64,000 bases of DNA, taken from IMG/VR virus record IMGVR_UViG_3300012005_000005, one strand, 5' to 3'. The position numbers and the translations under genes are program-made. This document shows positions 1 through 10,419 of the stretch, one piece after another (the stretch's first letter is position 1; every line of letters starts with the position of its first letter). The DNA comes from an uncultured virus (IMG/VR IMGVR_UViG_3300012005_000005). Lineage: Duplodnaviria > Heunggongvirae > Uroviricota > Caudoviricetes. The notes below the pieces were generated by a model. It searched no databases, had not been told where the DNA came from, and saw only the letters and a program-made list of their open reading frames with translations.

Positions 1-2
1 CC

Positions 3-3000
3 TCTCCAATTTCCTTCAGCATCTACCACTTTATAATCTAAACCAAATTTATTTTTTAATCTTTCAAGTACAGTGTGAAGTCCTACATAAGTAAATCTAC
101 TATCATCTACTTCAGGGCTGTCTTCTGAAATTAATTGATCGTAATATGGTGTACCATCCTCATTAGTGTTAAATACATTTTTAGCAGCAGCATCATCAAT
201 TGCTTGATTATAGGTTTCTAATAAATCACTATCTTTTTCAGGAAGAGTTACATCTTCAGGTTTTACAAAATGATCTCCTATTAAATAATAGGTGTTATCT
301 CCAACTTTTTCTACATCATCTACCACCACTTCTTGACCATTATAAATAACAGTACTTCCTTTTTCTACTGTATCAATAGCATCAGGTAATGATTTTACAT
401 CTATAGGTTCTTTTCTTTCTATATTATTACGTTTATCAAGAAGACCCTGCATTTTTTTGTATTCTTCAGGGAAATTATCTTTAATCCCTTGTTCATTCTT
501 TTCAAATAAAGAATCAATCTTATCTGCTGCTTTATATAGAGATAAATCTCCATCTTCATAATCAGGTATAAGCTTTTTAACAGACTCACTCATCTTTGCA
601 GAAATAGATTTCTTCTTAACTCCTTCAATAGGTGTTTCTTCTGTTTTTGCAACTTCTTGATTTACTTCAGGAGCAGGAAGTTTGGGTTCTTCTTTAATAA
701 CCTCTTCAAAAGGAATGTCTTCAACATTATTTCCTTCATTTTGTTTTTCATTTAAACTTTTTATTTTTTCAAGAATATTATCAAAATCTAATCTATTTTC
801 TTGTAGATCACCTATTAAATTCTCTATAGTTTTTACTTGATTTTTAAGGATTGGAATAGGATTTTTTAATATACTTTTATTTAAATCTATTTTATAGTCT
901 TTCAAGTCTTTTATTAAATCCTCTTTTGAATTGGGTATTGGATAATCTCCTCCTGCCTTTCTACCAAAAACATATTTTTCTACATACATTATATCAAGAG
1001 TTGTATCTACTTTATTATCACTGACTCTTGCTTCTTTTTTAGGCATCACTGTATCTATACCCTCAGATTTGATTTCTATAGGTTTAGCTACTTCTTGTTG
1101 AGGTTCTTCTTTTGCTGCTTGTTTTTCTGTAGTTTTTAATTCTTTCTTTTGAGAATTTAATTCTTTTAATTTATTCTCTATAAGAATACCTATTACTTTA
1201 GGATTCTTTGCTGTAGCATCAAGTATCTTTCTTGCATCTTCAGGAGATAACATACCTGACTCAATTGCTTTTAACATATCTCCACTCTTCACTGCTTCTG
1301 AAATTGTTCTTATGTAATCAGAAGGTAAATCTCCTTTAGCGTCTTTATTAGGAATTGTTTTCCAATATTCTACATCATCTAATAATTCAGGATGATTTAC
1401 TCTAAACATAACTTGATCAACCAAATCAGAGCTTAATCCTTTTTCTGAATCTGCCACTCTTCCTAATTCATCTGTAGTTATTCTTTTAGAAGAGGCGACT
1501 ATATCTCTAAGTTGTTGTTCAGTCATCTTACCTTCTGAAATTAACTTATCATAATCATGTGCTATGAAAGCTTTTTGAATATCTGATAAATGCCCATATA
1601 AAGAATATGAATCAGCAGGAATAGGTTTCATCCATCTGTCTTTTGCATTAAATTCTTCTAAAGCTTTTTTAGCTACCTCTAATGGATTAGAACCTGCCTT
1701 AGCAACTCTAATTTTATTAGCTTCTTTAAAATATTTAATCTTATCCTGAATTTCTTCCTCTGTTAAACCTCTTAGGTCAATAGTAATAGGGGTACGTTCT
1801 CTGTTTTCATAAGCAAAAGAGTGTAAATAATCGTAAGAATCAAACTCAGGAGGATTAGAAGAAATTCTTTTAGCCTCTGACTCAAAATCATAATTATTTT
1901 TAATATCATTATCTATTAATAAACTTACAGAAGCAAATCCTCCAGTTTGTTCATAGGTAATAGCTCCTTCAGGAATTTTAGCAGATTTTTCTATTTTTAA
2001 TGGTTCTTCTATTTTAGCTACCTCTGCTAATTTAGTTCTAAGAGTGTCGGGAAGTATTGATTTATTTTCTTCTATTTTTGGAACTTCTTTTTTAGCTATA
2101 TCAAAAGTAGTAGGATGTTCATTACCACTTGAACCGACTTCTCCTCTTGGATTAGTTAAAATTCCTTTTTCTACTAATTTTTCTAATACAATTCTTGAAT
2201 CCTCACTTTGATTAGATACTTTTAAAGTAGTGATACCATTGTTACTAAGTTCATCTATTGTTCTTTCATAAACTTTAGTTCCTTTTTGTCTTTCAAGTCC
2301 TTCACCCACTTTAGCAGCTTCTATTCCTGTTAAAGAGGCTACATTATTTTCTATAGTACCAAAAGCTCTTGCTTTGTCAGGAAAATTAATATTGAAATAA
2401 TTAACTTTCTTTTCACCTATTTTTTTATCAGTTACTTCATCTAATATATCTTTAGTTTTTTCTTCTGTTTTAAATATAGGTTCTTCTTTAGGCTGTAAAG
2501 CTTCATTAATTTCAATTAAATTACTTTTTCCTGCATTGCTCCAAGTACCTCTTGAGTCTTTAAATTGCCATGTAGGTTCTGCTTTTTCACCTTTCTTGCT
2601 AACTGTTTTACTACGTTGAAATATCCATTCTGTGCCATTAACTGTAACTTTATCTCCTTCTTTTGCTTGGGGAATTAGTTTTGTTTCTACTATTTTGGCT
2701 ACAGTACCTTGTGTTGTAGCAGGTTTATTATCTGCTGTAAGTCCTGCTTCCTGTTGTTGTAAATATTGAATAGTTCCTTTAGGATCTATATCAGCCATTG
2801 CTTTTATAGTGTCAGGAATGGTGTCAGATGATTCTATTTCATCTATAATCTCATGTTCCTTAGCTGTAAGCTGTGGACGTGGTTTACTCTTAAGAGTTTC
2901 CTGATCTTTTATATTTCCTAAAGCATCTGCTATTTTTACTGCTCCTGGAAGTGTAATTCTAAGAGTGTCTGCTAAGTATTTAGCGTCAAGTTTACCATTA

Positions 3001-5312
3001 ACATCAAAAATGGGGTTACTTGCCTGTAANNNNNNNNNNGGTTGTTCTGTAAGCGCTTCTCCATTATACTCTATCTTGAAAGGTTTTTTTAACTTGGCAA
3101 TCATCTTGTTTACGTTAAATTCCTTTTCAGTTTTAGGAATACCTGTTTCCTCATTAGATTGTCCTCCTTTAGGAAGAACCTTCACTGAGTAATTGTTATA
3201 AGGTTGTGGATTTGTAGCAACTGTTAGTTGTTCTCCAAGTGTAGATGGATTTAATCCCTCTTCATCATCAGCTAATATATTAGTCTTAAAATCATCCTTA
3301 GACAGTTTTATATTTAATTTAGAAAAACCACCAATTCCTTCTTTTCCTCTAATTTTTTGATTAAAAATATCTACAAGTCCTTGAATGTCCTTAGCTTGTG
3401 ATAATTCTTCTCTTGAAAATCTAAGAGCTTTACTTACTTCTTTTCCTTTATTGATTAAATTTAAAGATACTTGTCCATCCTCATTTACGGATAACTTAAT
3501 ATTAGTTTTAGTACCCTTATCATTATTTGAATCAGCTATATATACTTCATCTCTAAGGGTTTTATTTATTCCTTTTAAAGTTTCTTTATCTATTTTATCA
3601 GGAAGATGCGTTAAAGTGTTTACTATATTGTCTAATACTTCTTGTTTTACCTTAGCTGGTCTTGCTGCAAAAATACCTGCTTCATCATACTTACCATTAG
3701 GTAGTTGATTAATATAAATATAACGACTATTAAGTCCTTTTATTTTTTCTATAATATCATGAGTAAGGAAGTTTTGCAACTTAATAAAATTATCAGGAGA
3801 AAGATCTTTTACACCTAAAATAGAAGGTTTGTTAGTTCTTACATAAGATTTAGAATTAGCATCATATTCTGTAGGTACAGATAATACTACATCTCCTTCA
3901 TTTCTTGTTTTAATATTTTTTAAAGGTGTTGCAGAAGATATGTTATCTGTATAAACAGGTTTTCCATAATTAGGAATTAGGTCAAATAAATCTTTTACAT
4001 CTTCAGGTTTAAATTCCGTTTTTCCACCTTCATATTCTGCTCTTAATTTATCATAAATTGCCTTATATCCATTTAATTCTTTCATAAATGGGACATAAGT
4101 AGAAGCAGCATTTCCTGTAATTTTAGGATATTCTTCCTTAGTTACTTCAGATAGAGGTACTAATGCTCCATCTCTTTTAAAGAATAAAGAGTTTGCATCT
4201 GCTAATTTGCCTATAGGTTTGTCATTAATTGATATTTCTATATTAATAGGAGAAGTTTTTCTTACTACATTTTCTAATCCTGGAATATTAAGAGCTGATG
4301 CTTTTTCTGGAACATGATGATTATTTTTAGAAACTTTTAAAGAAGAGTTTTGTAAATCTTCAGGTTTTCCGTCAAAAAGAACACTTCTTAAATTATCATC
4401 ATAACGTGGAGTATCTTCATAAGTTCTTGAATTTACTTTGTTTAAAAAATTCTGTGGATTAAATGTGTCGTACACTTTAGAAGCAAGAGCCTTTGCTTTA
4501 TTTACCGCAGCCTGACTACTTGTCTTTACAGCTTCTTTAACCTTTTGTATTGTAGATTTAGGTTCTTTTTTTTCTGTAGTTCCTGTAGATAGTTCTACTC
4601 CTGAATTTTTAGCATCTTCTGCATCTTGAGCATCCTGAAGATCTTTTTGTTTGTTCTTAGCAGCTTCTTTAATAAGTTTTAAAGAATTTTTATCTGGTTC
4701 TGCTTTTAAAACCTTTCTTATATAGTCTACTGCATCAGGATTTAGATCTTTTTTAGATTTAACTTTAGCAATATGAGTTAAAATTCCTTTTTCTTTTTGT
4801 TGTGCAACTATATCTTCTACAGGTTGTGCAGCAGGTTGTTCAGGCTGTGCTTGTGGTTCTATAGGATTACCATTTTCATCTAAATCAGAAACATCTTCTA
4901 CAGCTCCATCAGGAACTACAGTGCGCTCATCTTTAATATTACCATCTTTATCTAATGTAAGATTATCTCCTGCTACATTAAATTTACTAATAATTTCATT
5001 TATAAATGATTCATATCCATTTTTAGATGTAAGAATTTCATAATGCTTATCTGCTCTTTTAGAATTTTCTCCTAATTTATAAATATCCTGTGCCTTCTGT
5101 AGAACAGAAGGTAAGTCTATAGGACTAATTAAATTCTCTTTAGGTTGAGCAGTTACATCTTCTGCTCCTGATAAATAACCTATTGTATCATGCAAAATTC
5201 TCATGTATCTTGCAGGTTGGAAATCTTTTAAATCTGATTGTAAAGATTCTATTTTACTTTCTAAGAAGTTAGACTCTCTTTTAGATGGAATACCTAATTC
5301 CTTGGTCTTTAT
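3..5312 (-). CDS. Giant virion cargo/ejection protein, downstream part (runs off the window); apparent +1-frame continuation of 5281..7452
   Basis: The frame opens after TAA at 5313-5315 (KTKELGIPSKRESNFLESK...). It stays in frame across the 10-N gap (GEALTEQP|LQASNPIFD) and at the window start (FGLDYKVVDAEGNWR). Its absence from the ORF track is consistent with no stop codon in the window. Confidence 0.8.
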   Translation of the reverse strand, partial: MKTKELGIPSKRESNFLESKIESLQSDLKDFQPARYMRILHDTIGYLSGAEDVTAQPKENLISPIDLPSVLQKAQDIYKLGENSKRADKHYEILTSKNGYESFINEIISKFNVAGDNLTLDKDGNIKDERTVVPDGAVEDVSDLDENGNPIEPQAQPEQPAAQPVEDIVAQQKEKGILTHIAKVKSKKDLNPDAVDYIRKVLKAEPDKNSLKLIKEAAKNKQKDLQDAQDAEDAKNSGVELSTGTTEKKEPKSTIQKVKEAVKTSSQAAVNKAKALASKVYDTFNPQNFLNKVNSRTYEDTPRYDDNLRSVLFDGKPEDLQNSSLKVSKNNHHVPEKASALNIPGLENVVRKTSPINIEISINDKPIGKLADANSLFFKRDGALVPLSEVTKEEYPKITGNAASTYVPFMKELNGYKAIYDKLRAEYEGGKTEFKPEDVKDLFDLIPNYGKPVYTDNISSATPLKNIKTRNEGDVVLSVPTEYDANSKSYVRTNKPSILGVKDLSPDNFIKLQNFLTHDIIEKIKGLNSRYIYINQLPNGKYDEAGIFAARPAKVKQEVLDNIVNTLTHLPDKIDKETLKGINKTLRDEVYIADSNNDKGTKTNIKLSVNEDGQVSLNLINKGKEVSKALRFSREELSQAKDIQGLVDIFNQKIRGKEGIGGFSKLNIKLSKDDFKTNILADDEEGLNPSTLGEQLTVATNPQPYNNYSVKVLPKGGQSNEETGIPKTEKEFNVNKMIAKLKKPFKIEYNGEALTEQXXXXLQASNPIFDVNGKLDAKYLADTLRITLPGAVKIADALGNIKDQETLKSKPRPQLTAKEHEIIDEIESSDTIPDTIKAMADIDPKGTIQYLQQQEAGLTADNKPATTQGTVAKIVETKLIPQAKEGDKVTVNGTEWIFQRSKTVSKKGEKAEPTWQFKDSRGTWSNAGKSNLIEINEALQPKEEPIFKTEEKTKDILDEVTDKKIGEKKVNYFNINFPDKARAFGTIENNVASLTGIEAAKVGEGLERQKGTKVYERTIDELSNNGITTLKVSNQSEDSRIVLEKLVEKGILTNPRGEVGSSGNEHPTTFDIAKKEVPKIEENKSILPDTLRTKLAEVAKIEEPLKIEKSAKIPEGAITYEQTGGFASVSLLIDNDIKNNYDFESEAKRISSNPPEFDSYDYLHSFAYENRERTPITIDLRGLTEEEIQDKIKYFKEANKIRVAKAGSNPLEVAKKALEEFNAKDRWMKPIPADSYSLYGHLSDIQKAFIAHDYDKLISEGKMTEQQLRDIVASSKRITTDELGRVADSEKGLSSDLVDQVMFRVNHPELLDDVEYWKTIPNKDAKGDLPSDYIRTISEAVKSGDMLKAIESGMLSPEDARKILDATAKNPKVIGILIENKLKELNSQKKELKTTEKQAAKEEPQQEVAKPIEIKSEGIDTVMPKKEARVSDNKVDTTLDIMYVEKYVFGRKAGGDYPIPNSKEDLIKDLKDYKIDLNKSILKNPIPILKNQVKTIENLIGDLQENRLDFDNILEKIKSLNEKQNEGNNVEDIPFEEVIKEEPKLPAPEVNQEVAKTEETPIEGVKKKSISAKMSESVKKLIPDYEDGDLSLYKAADKIDSLFEKNEQGIKDNFPEEYKKMQGLLDKRNNIERKEPIDVKSLPDAIDTVEKGSTVIYNGQEVVVDDVEKVGDNTYYLIGDHFVKPEDVTLPEKDSDLLETYNQAIDDAAAKNVFNTNEDGTPYYDQLISEDSPEVDDSRFTYVGLHTVLERLKNKFGLDYKVVDAEGNWR

Positions 5313-7452
5313 TTAATTCCTTTACCCTACTTTGAAAGTCTTTAATAGTTTGATTAACACCTTCTTCTGAAGTTAGATTTACTAATTTATCTAAATTTAT
5401 TTCTGGCGCAACACTTCCTATTTCAAGTCCTAACTGAGCAATTCTTGCCTTATTATCATCTTTTTCAGATAAATCCATTCCAAGTTGCTCTTTGTAATAT
5501 TCAAAAGCTTTAAAATTATCCTGTTCTTTAGGATCTGTAGATTTAAAATCATAAGGATTTTCAAATACTCTATCTACTTTCTTTACTATGTCTCTTATCT
5601 TGTAAGCTTTGTCTATTAAAGCATCTACATAATCATTAGAAGTGGCTTTAGTACCATCATTGAAATCCATTTGGAATGTAGACTTAAAATCATCAGGAGA
5701 GAGTTCTTTTAATAATTTAAGTTGTTCTATACGAGACTCAAAACGATTAGCTTTAACACCTGAAGATACTAAATTATATAATTGCTGCTGTTGTAAATTT
5801 TTATATTCAAATAAATCACCTGACTCTAATGCAGACTTCATATCTTTTTGAATAGACACTGTTGTAGCAGCTTCATCATAATGATTTTCTAACGTTCCTG
5901 TGAGAGTGGTACTGTTTAATAAACTAAGAGTGGTATTTGTAATAGCATCTTTACTATTTGGAAGTCCCCTAAGTCTTTCAGCAGCAGTGCGTAATCCATG
6001 TATTGCTATACCAATTAATCCACCCATAAGAACTCCTTCCCTACCCTCACGGGTAAAGAATACTTTTTGTAATCCTGTAGCAGCAGATTTATTTAAATTA
6101 TCTAAATCACTTATTGAACTATCATCAAATTTTCTTTTATAGAAATCTTCAGCAGTTCTTCCAAAGAACATCAATCCTCCCATTTGAGCAGTTTGTGTTC
6201 CTATTGAAGTAACTAATCCTGTACTTGGCAAAACTTTAGATGCAAGTCCTTTAATTCCTTTTGCAGGATTTACTATAGCTTCATATATATCTCTTTGTCC
6301 TTCTTTTAATCCAATATTAACCCCATTATCTAAAGTAGCCATTACACCTCTTTTAGCAGCTTGGAAAGGTTTTAATAAACTTGGAAATTGAATAGCATCT
6401 GTTACTGTTAACAATGCCCCTGTCGCAAGCATTTGTGCGTTAGACCCATCTCTTGCGTAGTCTTCAATTTTTTGATTATCAAGTCCTATTGCATCATATC
6501 CGTGTTTATCATAATAATCTTGCTGAAGTTCTGTTCTAAGCATTTTATGTGTGCTGTTAGACATCATAGCAGCTTGACTCCATGCTGCGGTTTGTAGTGC
6601 TAAAGCATATTTTGTCCCGTCAGAAATTTTAGCTATTGTATAAGCTCTATTTAACGCTTTAGCTGTGTTATCACCTGCATTTAATGCTTCATTAAACGCC
6701 TCAAAAGCTTCTTTTCCTCCTGTAAACATTTTTCCTAACTTTGTTCCATACTCTCCAATTTGAGCAGCAATTAAAGGAGCATCTCCTGCACCGACTGTAA
6801 TAGCTCCTACAGCAGCATCCTGTAATACAGTTGCCAGTATTGCTCCTCCTACAAATGCTACATTCTGCATTACTGACCCCCAGCCATTTCCATAAAAAGG
6901 AATATAGTTTGCTATAGGATGGTTATTTGCAAAAGTATTTTGGAATTGCGGCATAGCTTTATCTAAGCTTGCCAATAAATCAGATGTTGTATTATTTACA
7001 GGATTATCTTCTAATTTAGAAAAGTCTCCTGAAATTACAGCGTTTACAGCGTTAGGAATAGTAGCAATAGTTTGAGCAAATCCTGCTATTACGTTAGCTC
7101 CTATTTTTACTGCATCTTTTCCCATTGTTTTAAACCATCCCTCTCTATCTCCATATTGAGTTTCTGTATTAACATTGTATGGGTTAAATCCATATTGAGG
7201 GTCTGCATAACGCTCTGTATCAGATAGTTTAGTATTTACAGGAGTGTTATATTGTTCGGATTTCATCCAGGGGTTCTGTGCTTTAACTAAAGCATCAGAA
7301 TTATTCATTATATTAAATATATTAGGCACAACAGGAGCAGAAGCTGCTACTTCTTCTTGAATAGGAGCAATAGAAGGACTCTGAGTATTTATTACTCCTG
7401 TATCTTGTAGTTCTTGATTGTAATTATATGGATTATTTTGAATATCTGGCAT
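5281..7452 (-). CDS. Large cargo/ejection protein, N-terminal part
   Basis: 723 aa with Ala/Gly-rich hydrophobic segments; position after other cargo genes as in crAss-like phages. Confidence 0.7.
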   Translation of the reverse strand: MPDIQNNPYNYNQELQDTGVINTQSPSIAPIQEEVAASAPVVPNIFNIMNNSDALVKAQNPWMKSEQYNTPVNTKLSDTERYADPQYGFNPYNVNTETQYGDREGWFKTMGKDAVKIGANVIAGFAQTIATIPNAVNAVISGDFSKLEDNPVNNTTSDLLASLDKAMPQFQNTFANNHPIANYIPFYGNGWGSVMQNVAFVGGAILATVLQDAAVGAITVGAGDAPLIAAQIGEYGTKLGKMFTGGKEAFEAFNEALNAGDNTAKALNRAYTIAKISDGTKYALALQTAAWSQAAMMSNSTHKMLRTELQQDYYDKHGYDAIGLDNQKIEDYARDGSNAQMLATGALLTVTDAIQFPSLLKPFQAAKRGVMATLDNGVNIGLKEGQRDIYEAIVNPAKGIKGLASKVLPSTGLVTSIGTQTAQMGGLMFFGRTAEDFYKRKFDDSSISDLDNLNKSAATGLQKVFFTREGREGVLMGGLIGIAIHGLRTAAERLRGLPNSKDAITNTTLSLLNSTTLTGTLENHYDEAATTVSIQKDMKSALESGDLFEYKNLQQQQLYNLVSSGVKANRFESRIEQLKLLKELSPDDFKSTFQMDFNDGTKATSNDYVDALIDKAYKIRDIVKKVDRVFENPYDFKSTDPKEQDNFKAFEYYKEQLGMDLSEKDDNKARIAQLGLEIGSVAPEINLDKLVNLTSEEGVNQTIKDFQSRVKELNKDQGIRYSI

Positions 7453-10121
7453 TAGCGTCCTGTCTTTAGTTGGTCTATTATTTGGTTAATTGTTAATCCT
7501 TGTTGAGCAAATTGAGCTATATAAGTCTTCATAGTTGCATAAGCGTCTGCTGTAGAAGGTAAAGTTAAGTTTGGAATGTTTATATATTTTATTCCATCTG
7601 CTGTTTCCATTGCTATCTGTGGATGAGCTGTTTGATCTGTTCTATCTTTTGGAAAATCTCTTACAATTCTAATTTTTGCTACTAACGCACTTCCATCACT
7701 TCTTGGAGCTGCTATTAATAATGGATCTGTACTTCCTTGTAAAGCAGCCACCTCATTTAAAGACTCATAAGGATTAGTATCAAATCCTACCTGTTTAGCT
7801 TGGGCTGGTTCCATGTTCACACTTATTGTTTCATAATAAGATTGTTTAGTTGTAGGGTCTACCCCCACTTTAACATCGGCAGTAATAGAATTAAGTTTTC
7901 CAGATTGATTTCTTCCTATAGTGCGCACATTAACATTTTTAGAATCTATAAATTGAAGAATTTTATCATCATTTGGTACGTATGTGTTATCATGATTGCT
8001 TCCATTAGTTTTTAAAATAGATGTAAATAAACCTTGTAAGTAGTCATAATTATCACTTTTATCTGTTATAATCTGACTCTCATAAGCAGGTCTATTAGAA
8101 ATATTATTATAATAATCATTTTTTAAATCTGCTTCATTTAAATTTGATTTTTCTAAATTTGTATTAATTTCATCCTGTATAGTTTTTATTCTTGGGTCAA
8201 GTTCTTGTGAAGAAGAAGATGTTACTGTTTGTCCAAAAGATCCTGATGATGTAATAGTGGATGGACTATTAATCATAAATGATTTTGGATTTTGTGTATA
8301 TTTATTATATAAATCAGTTTTTGCTGGAGTTAAATTTGCCTGTTTAGAAATAGCATCATTAATACCCTTTACCTTTGCATTGTTAGCTTTTTGTTCTGCA
8401 TCTATTAATTGATATTGTTCTACCATAGAAGAGAGCTTTGGATCTACTTTACTAACATCAAGATTAGGATTTTTATCTATATGACTTAGCTTATCATAAT
8501 TTGTCCATATTTGTTTAAGAGCTAATACTTGGGTTTTAGCTTGGTCAAAGTTCCATTTTACATCACTTGCTGCATTATGAGCTTTTTGAAACTCATTTGC
8601 CATTACATTTACTCCAGGTTGATTAGGATCAAAATTAAAATCCTCTATTTGTAAACCAGGTTGTCCATTAGTTTTTTCTAAAATAGATTGTCCAGGAAAT
8701 TTTAAAGATATTCCAGAACCACTCATAGTGGATTGTGCTATTTGTAATAAATCAGGATGATCATTTATATATCCTGTAAAATAAGCATCTCCTACGTCTG
8801 CTTTCTTTACATCTAATTCTTTATTTTTATCTATAAAGGATTGTTCCGTTTTCTTCCATAAATCAGGATCATTTTTATCAGGAATAGAAACAGGGGCTGC
8901 AAGAAATGGATCTTTGCCTTTTCCTTTTGGTGGGATAGTAGTTTTTGTTCCTGTAAGAGTTACTTTTCCTGATTTAGGATCTACTGCATATCCCAAACCC
9001 TCTTTAATTGCATTAAACATCATTCTTTGATTGAATTGATCGTCTTGTTGTTGCATTTTTAGTTGCAAAAGAGCTGCTGGATTACTGCTTACTTTAGCAT
9101 TCATTTCGGAATAGCCATATCTCTCTCCAAGTCCTCTATAGAATTGGTCTTTATATACTTGGGCTTTATAAGCGTCAGGATTTTGTGAATAAGTCTGTAA
9201 TCCTTGAGATTGTATAGTTTTACTTGCAGAGGTAAGCTGATTTATATTATTAGCTTCCTGACCCATTAAATCTAAATATTTCTGTTGTGCTGCTGGATCA
9301 TTTCCTGCTGCTAAAGCTTGTGTTTGATATTTACTATATACAGATTGTGCGTCTTGTAATTTTTGATTATTTAGATCTAAAGATTGTTGAACAAGTGCTA
9401 AGGGATTTGCATCTTTAAATGCATACATACCATCACGTTCCATCTGAGCTTTTTCTTCTGGAAGAAGTAAATCAGCGGCAGTGGCTATTATACGTTCAGG
9501 CGTTACTACTTTACCTTCTTGTGTAACATAAGATACACCATCAGATGTAATATTTGTAGTGACATTTGCTCTTATTCCACTTATTGCTTTAGTTAGGTTG
9601 TCCCTATAAGGAACATAATTAGTAGCTGTATTTGCTCCATAGTAACTATCTCCTACTTTGTTACTGCTTAAATAAGAATTCACTGCTTTATTATCATTCC
9701 ACTCGTTAGATTCACTGTAATATTTAGATAGCTTTGGATTAGTTTTTAAATTTTCATAAGATGCTTGTAAACTTCTAATTTGTCTTGTAGAAGCCACTGC
9801 ATTAACAATATTACTGTCTCCATAAATATCACTACCAAGTCCTTCTATTTTAGTTGCTACATTTTGATCTGCTAAATTTACTCCTCCTAAATCATTTAAT
9901 CCTGTAACTAAATTGTTAATTTTACCGTTAAGATATTGTTTATCAACTCCTTTTATGACATCTAAATTGCCAAACTGATCGATCTCATTCTGAACTTTTT
10001 TACCTTCTTCGTCAAACTTTCCTTGTTCTTGAGACAGCACTTTTGCCATAAGCCCCAAGTCTTCTGGTTGCACATATTGTTCTGGTTTGTAGGTTTGGGA
10101 TAAATATGATATACCTGGCAT
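7452..10121 (-). CDS. Virion cargo/ejection protein
   Basis: 889 aa; N-terminal YxPxQYVQP motif reminiscent of crAss-like cargo proteins; synteny. Confidence 0.65.
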   Translation of the reverse strand: MPGISYLSQTYKPEQYVQPEDLGLMAKVLSQEQGKFDEEGKKVQNEIDQFGNLDVIKGVDKQYLNGKINNLVTGLNDLGGVNLADQNVATKIEGLGSDIYGDSNIVNAVASTRQIRSLQASYENLKTNPKLSKYYSESNEWNDNKAVNSYLSSNKVGDSYYGANTATNYVPYRDNLTKAISGIRANVTTNITSDGVSYVTQEGKVVTPERIIATAADLLLPEEKAQMERDGMYAFKDANPLALVQQSLDLNNQKLQDAQSVYSKYQTQALAAGNDPAAQQKYLDLMGQEANNINQLTSASKTIQSQGLQTYSQNPDAYKAQVYKDQFYRGLGERYGYSEMNAKVSSNPAALLQLKMQQQDDQFNQRMMFNAIKEGLGYAVDPKSGKVTLTGTKTTIPPKGKGKDPFLAAPVSIPDKNDPDLWKKTEQSFIDKNKELDVKKADVGDAYFTGYINDHPDLLQIAQSTMSGSGISLKFPGQSILEKTNGQPGLQIEDFNFDPNQPGVNVMANEFQKAHNAASDVKWNFDQAKTQVLALKQIWTNYDKLSHIDKNPNLDVSKVDPKLSSMVEQYQLIDAEQKANNAKVKGINDAISKQANLTPAKTDLYNKYTQNPKSFMINSPSTITSSGSFGQTVTSSSSQELDPRIKTIQDEINTNLEKSNLNEADLKNDYYNNISNRPAYESQIITDKSDNYDYLQGLFTSILKTNGSNHDNTYVPNDDKILQFIDSKNVNVRTIGRNQSGKLNSITADVKVGVDPTTKQSYYETISVNMEPAQAKQVGFDTNPYESLNEVAALQGSTDPLLIAAPRSDGSALVAKIRIVRDFPKDRTDQTAHPQIAMETADGIKYINIPNLTLPSTADAYATMKTYIAQFAQQGLTINQIIDQLKTGR

Positions 10122-10124
10122 TTT

Positions 10125-10343
10125 TTAAAATTTAAAATTTAGATGAAACTCTTTTATAACTTCTATCAAGTCATCAAAATATTTACTGTTATACATCCCC
10201 CATATAGTCTCTTTTTTAGAATTACATATTCTAAATAAAGTAGTTTTACTTGGTATAGTAGAGGGTTCTGATTCTATAATTGGAAGTTCTTCTCCAAATT
10301 CTTTAATAAAATCTTTTCTAAGTATGTCTTTATTACTCATCAT
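10125..10343 (-). CDS. Hypothetical protein
   Basis: 72 aa ORF immediately after a promoter-like element. Confidence 0.6.
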   Translation of the reverse strand: MMSNKDILRKDFIKEFGEELPIIESEPSTIPSKTTLFRICNSKKETIWGMYNSKYFDDLIEVIKEFHLNFKF

Positions 10344-10344
10344 G

Positions 10345-10407
10345 TAAAATTAATGAATTTTAATGAATATTCCAAACTTTTGTCTTCTAATAATGACTTT
10401 GGATTAT
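10345..10407 (-). promoter_or_regulatory. Bacteroidota-type promoter (TTTG-N20-TAATTTTA) plus upstream TAAT-N8-ATTA box
   Basis: -7-like element 10345-10352 (one mismatch), -33 TTTG 10373-10376, box 10388-10407. Confidence 0.55.
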
Positions 10408-10419
10408 TTCAGTGATTTT

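Noticed and set aside
3030..3039. N runs here and at 53952-53961
   Set aside because: Scaffold gaps of unknown true length, not biological features.
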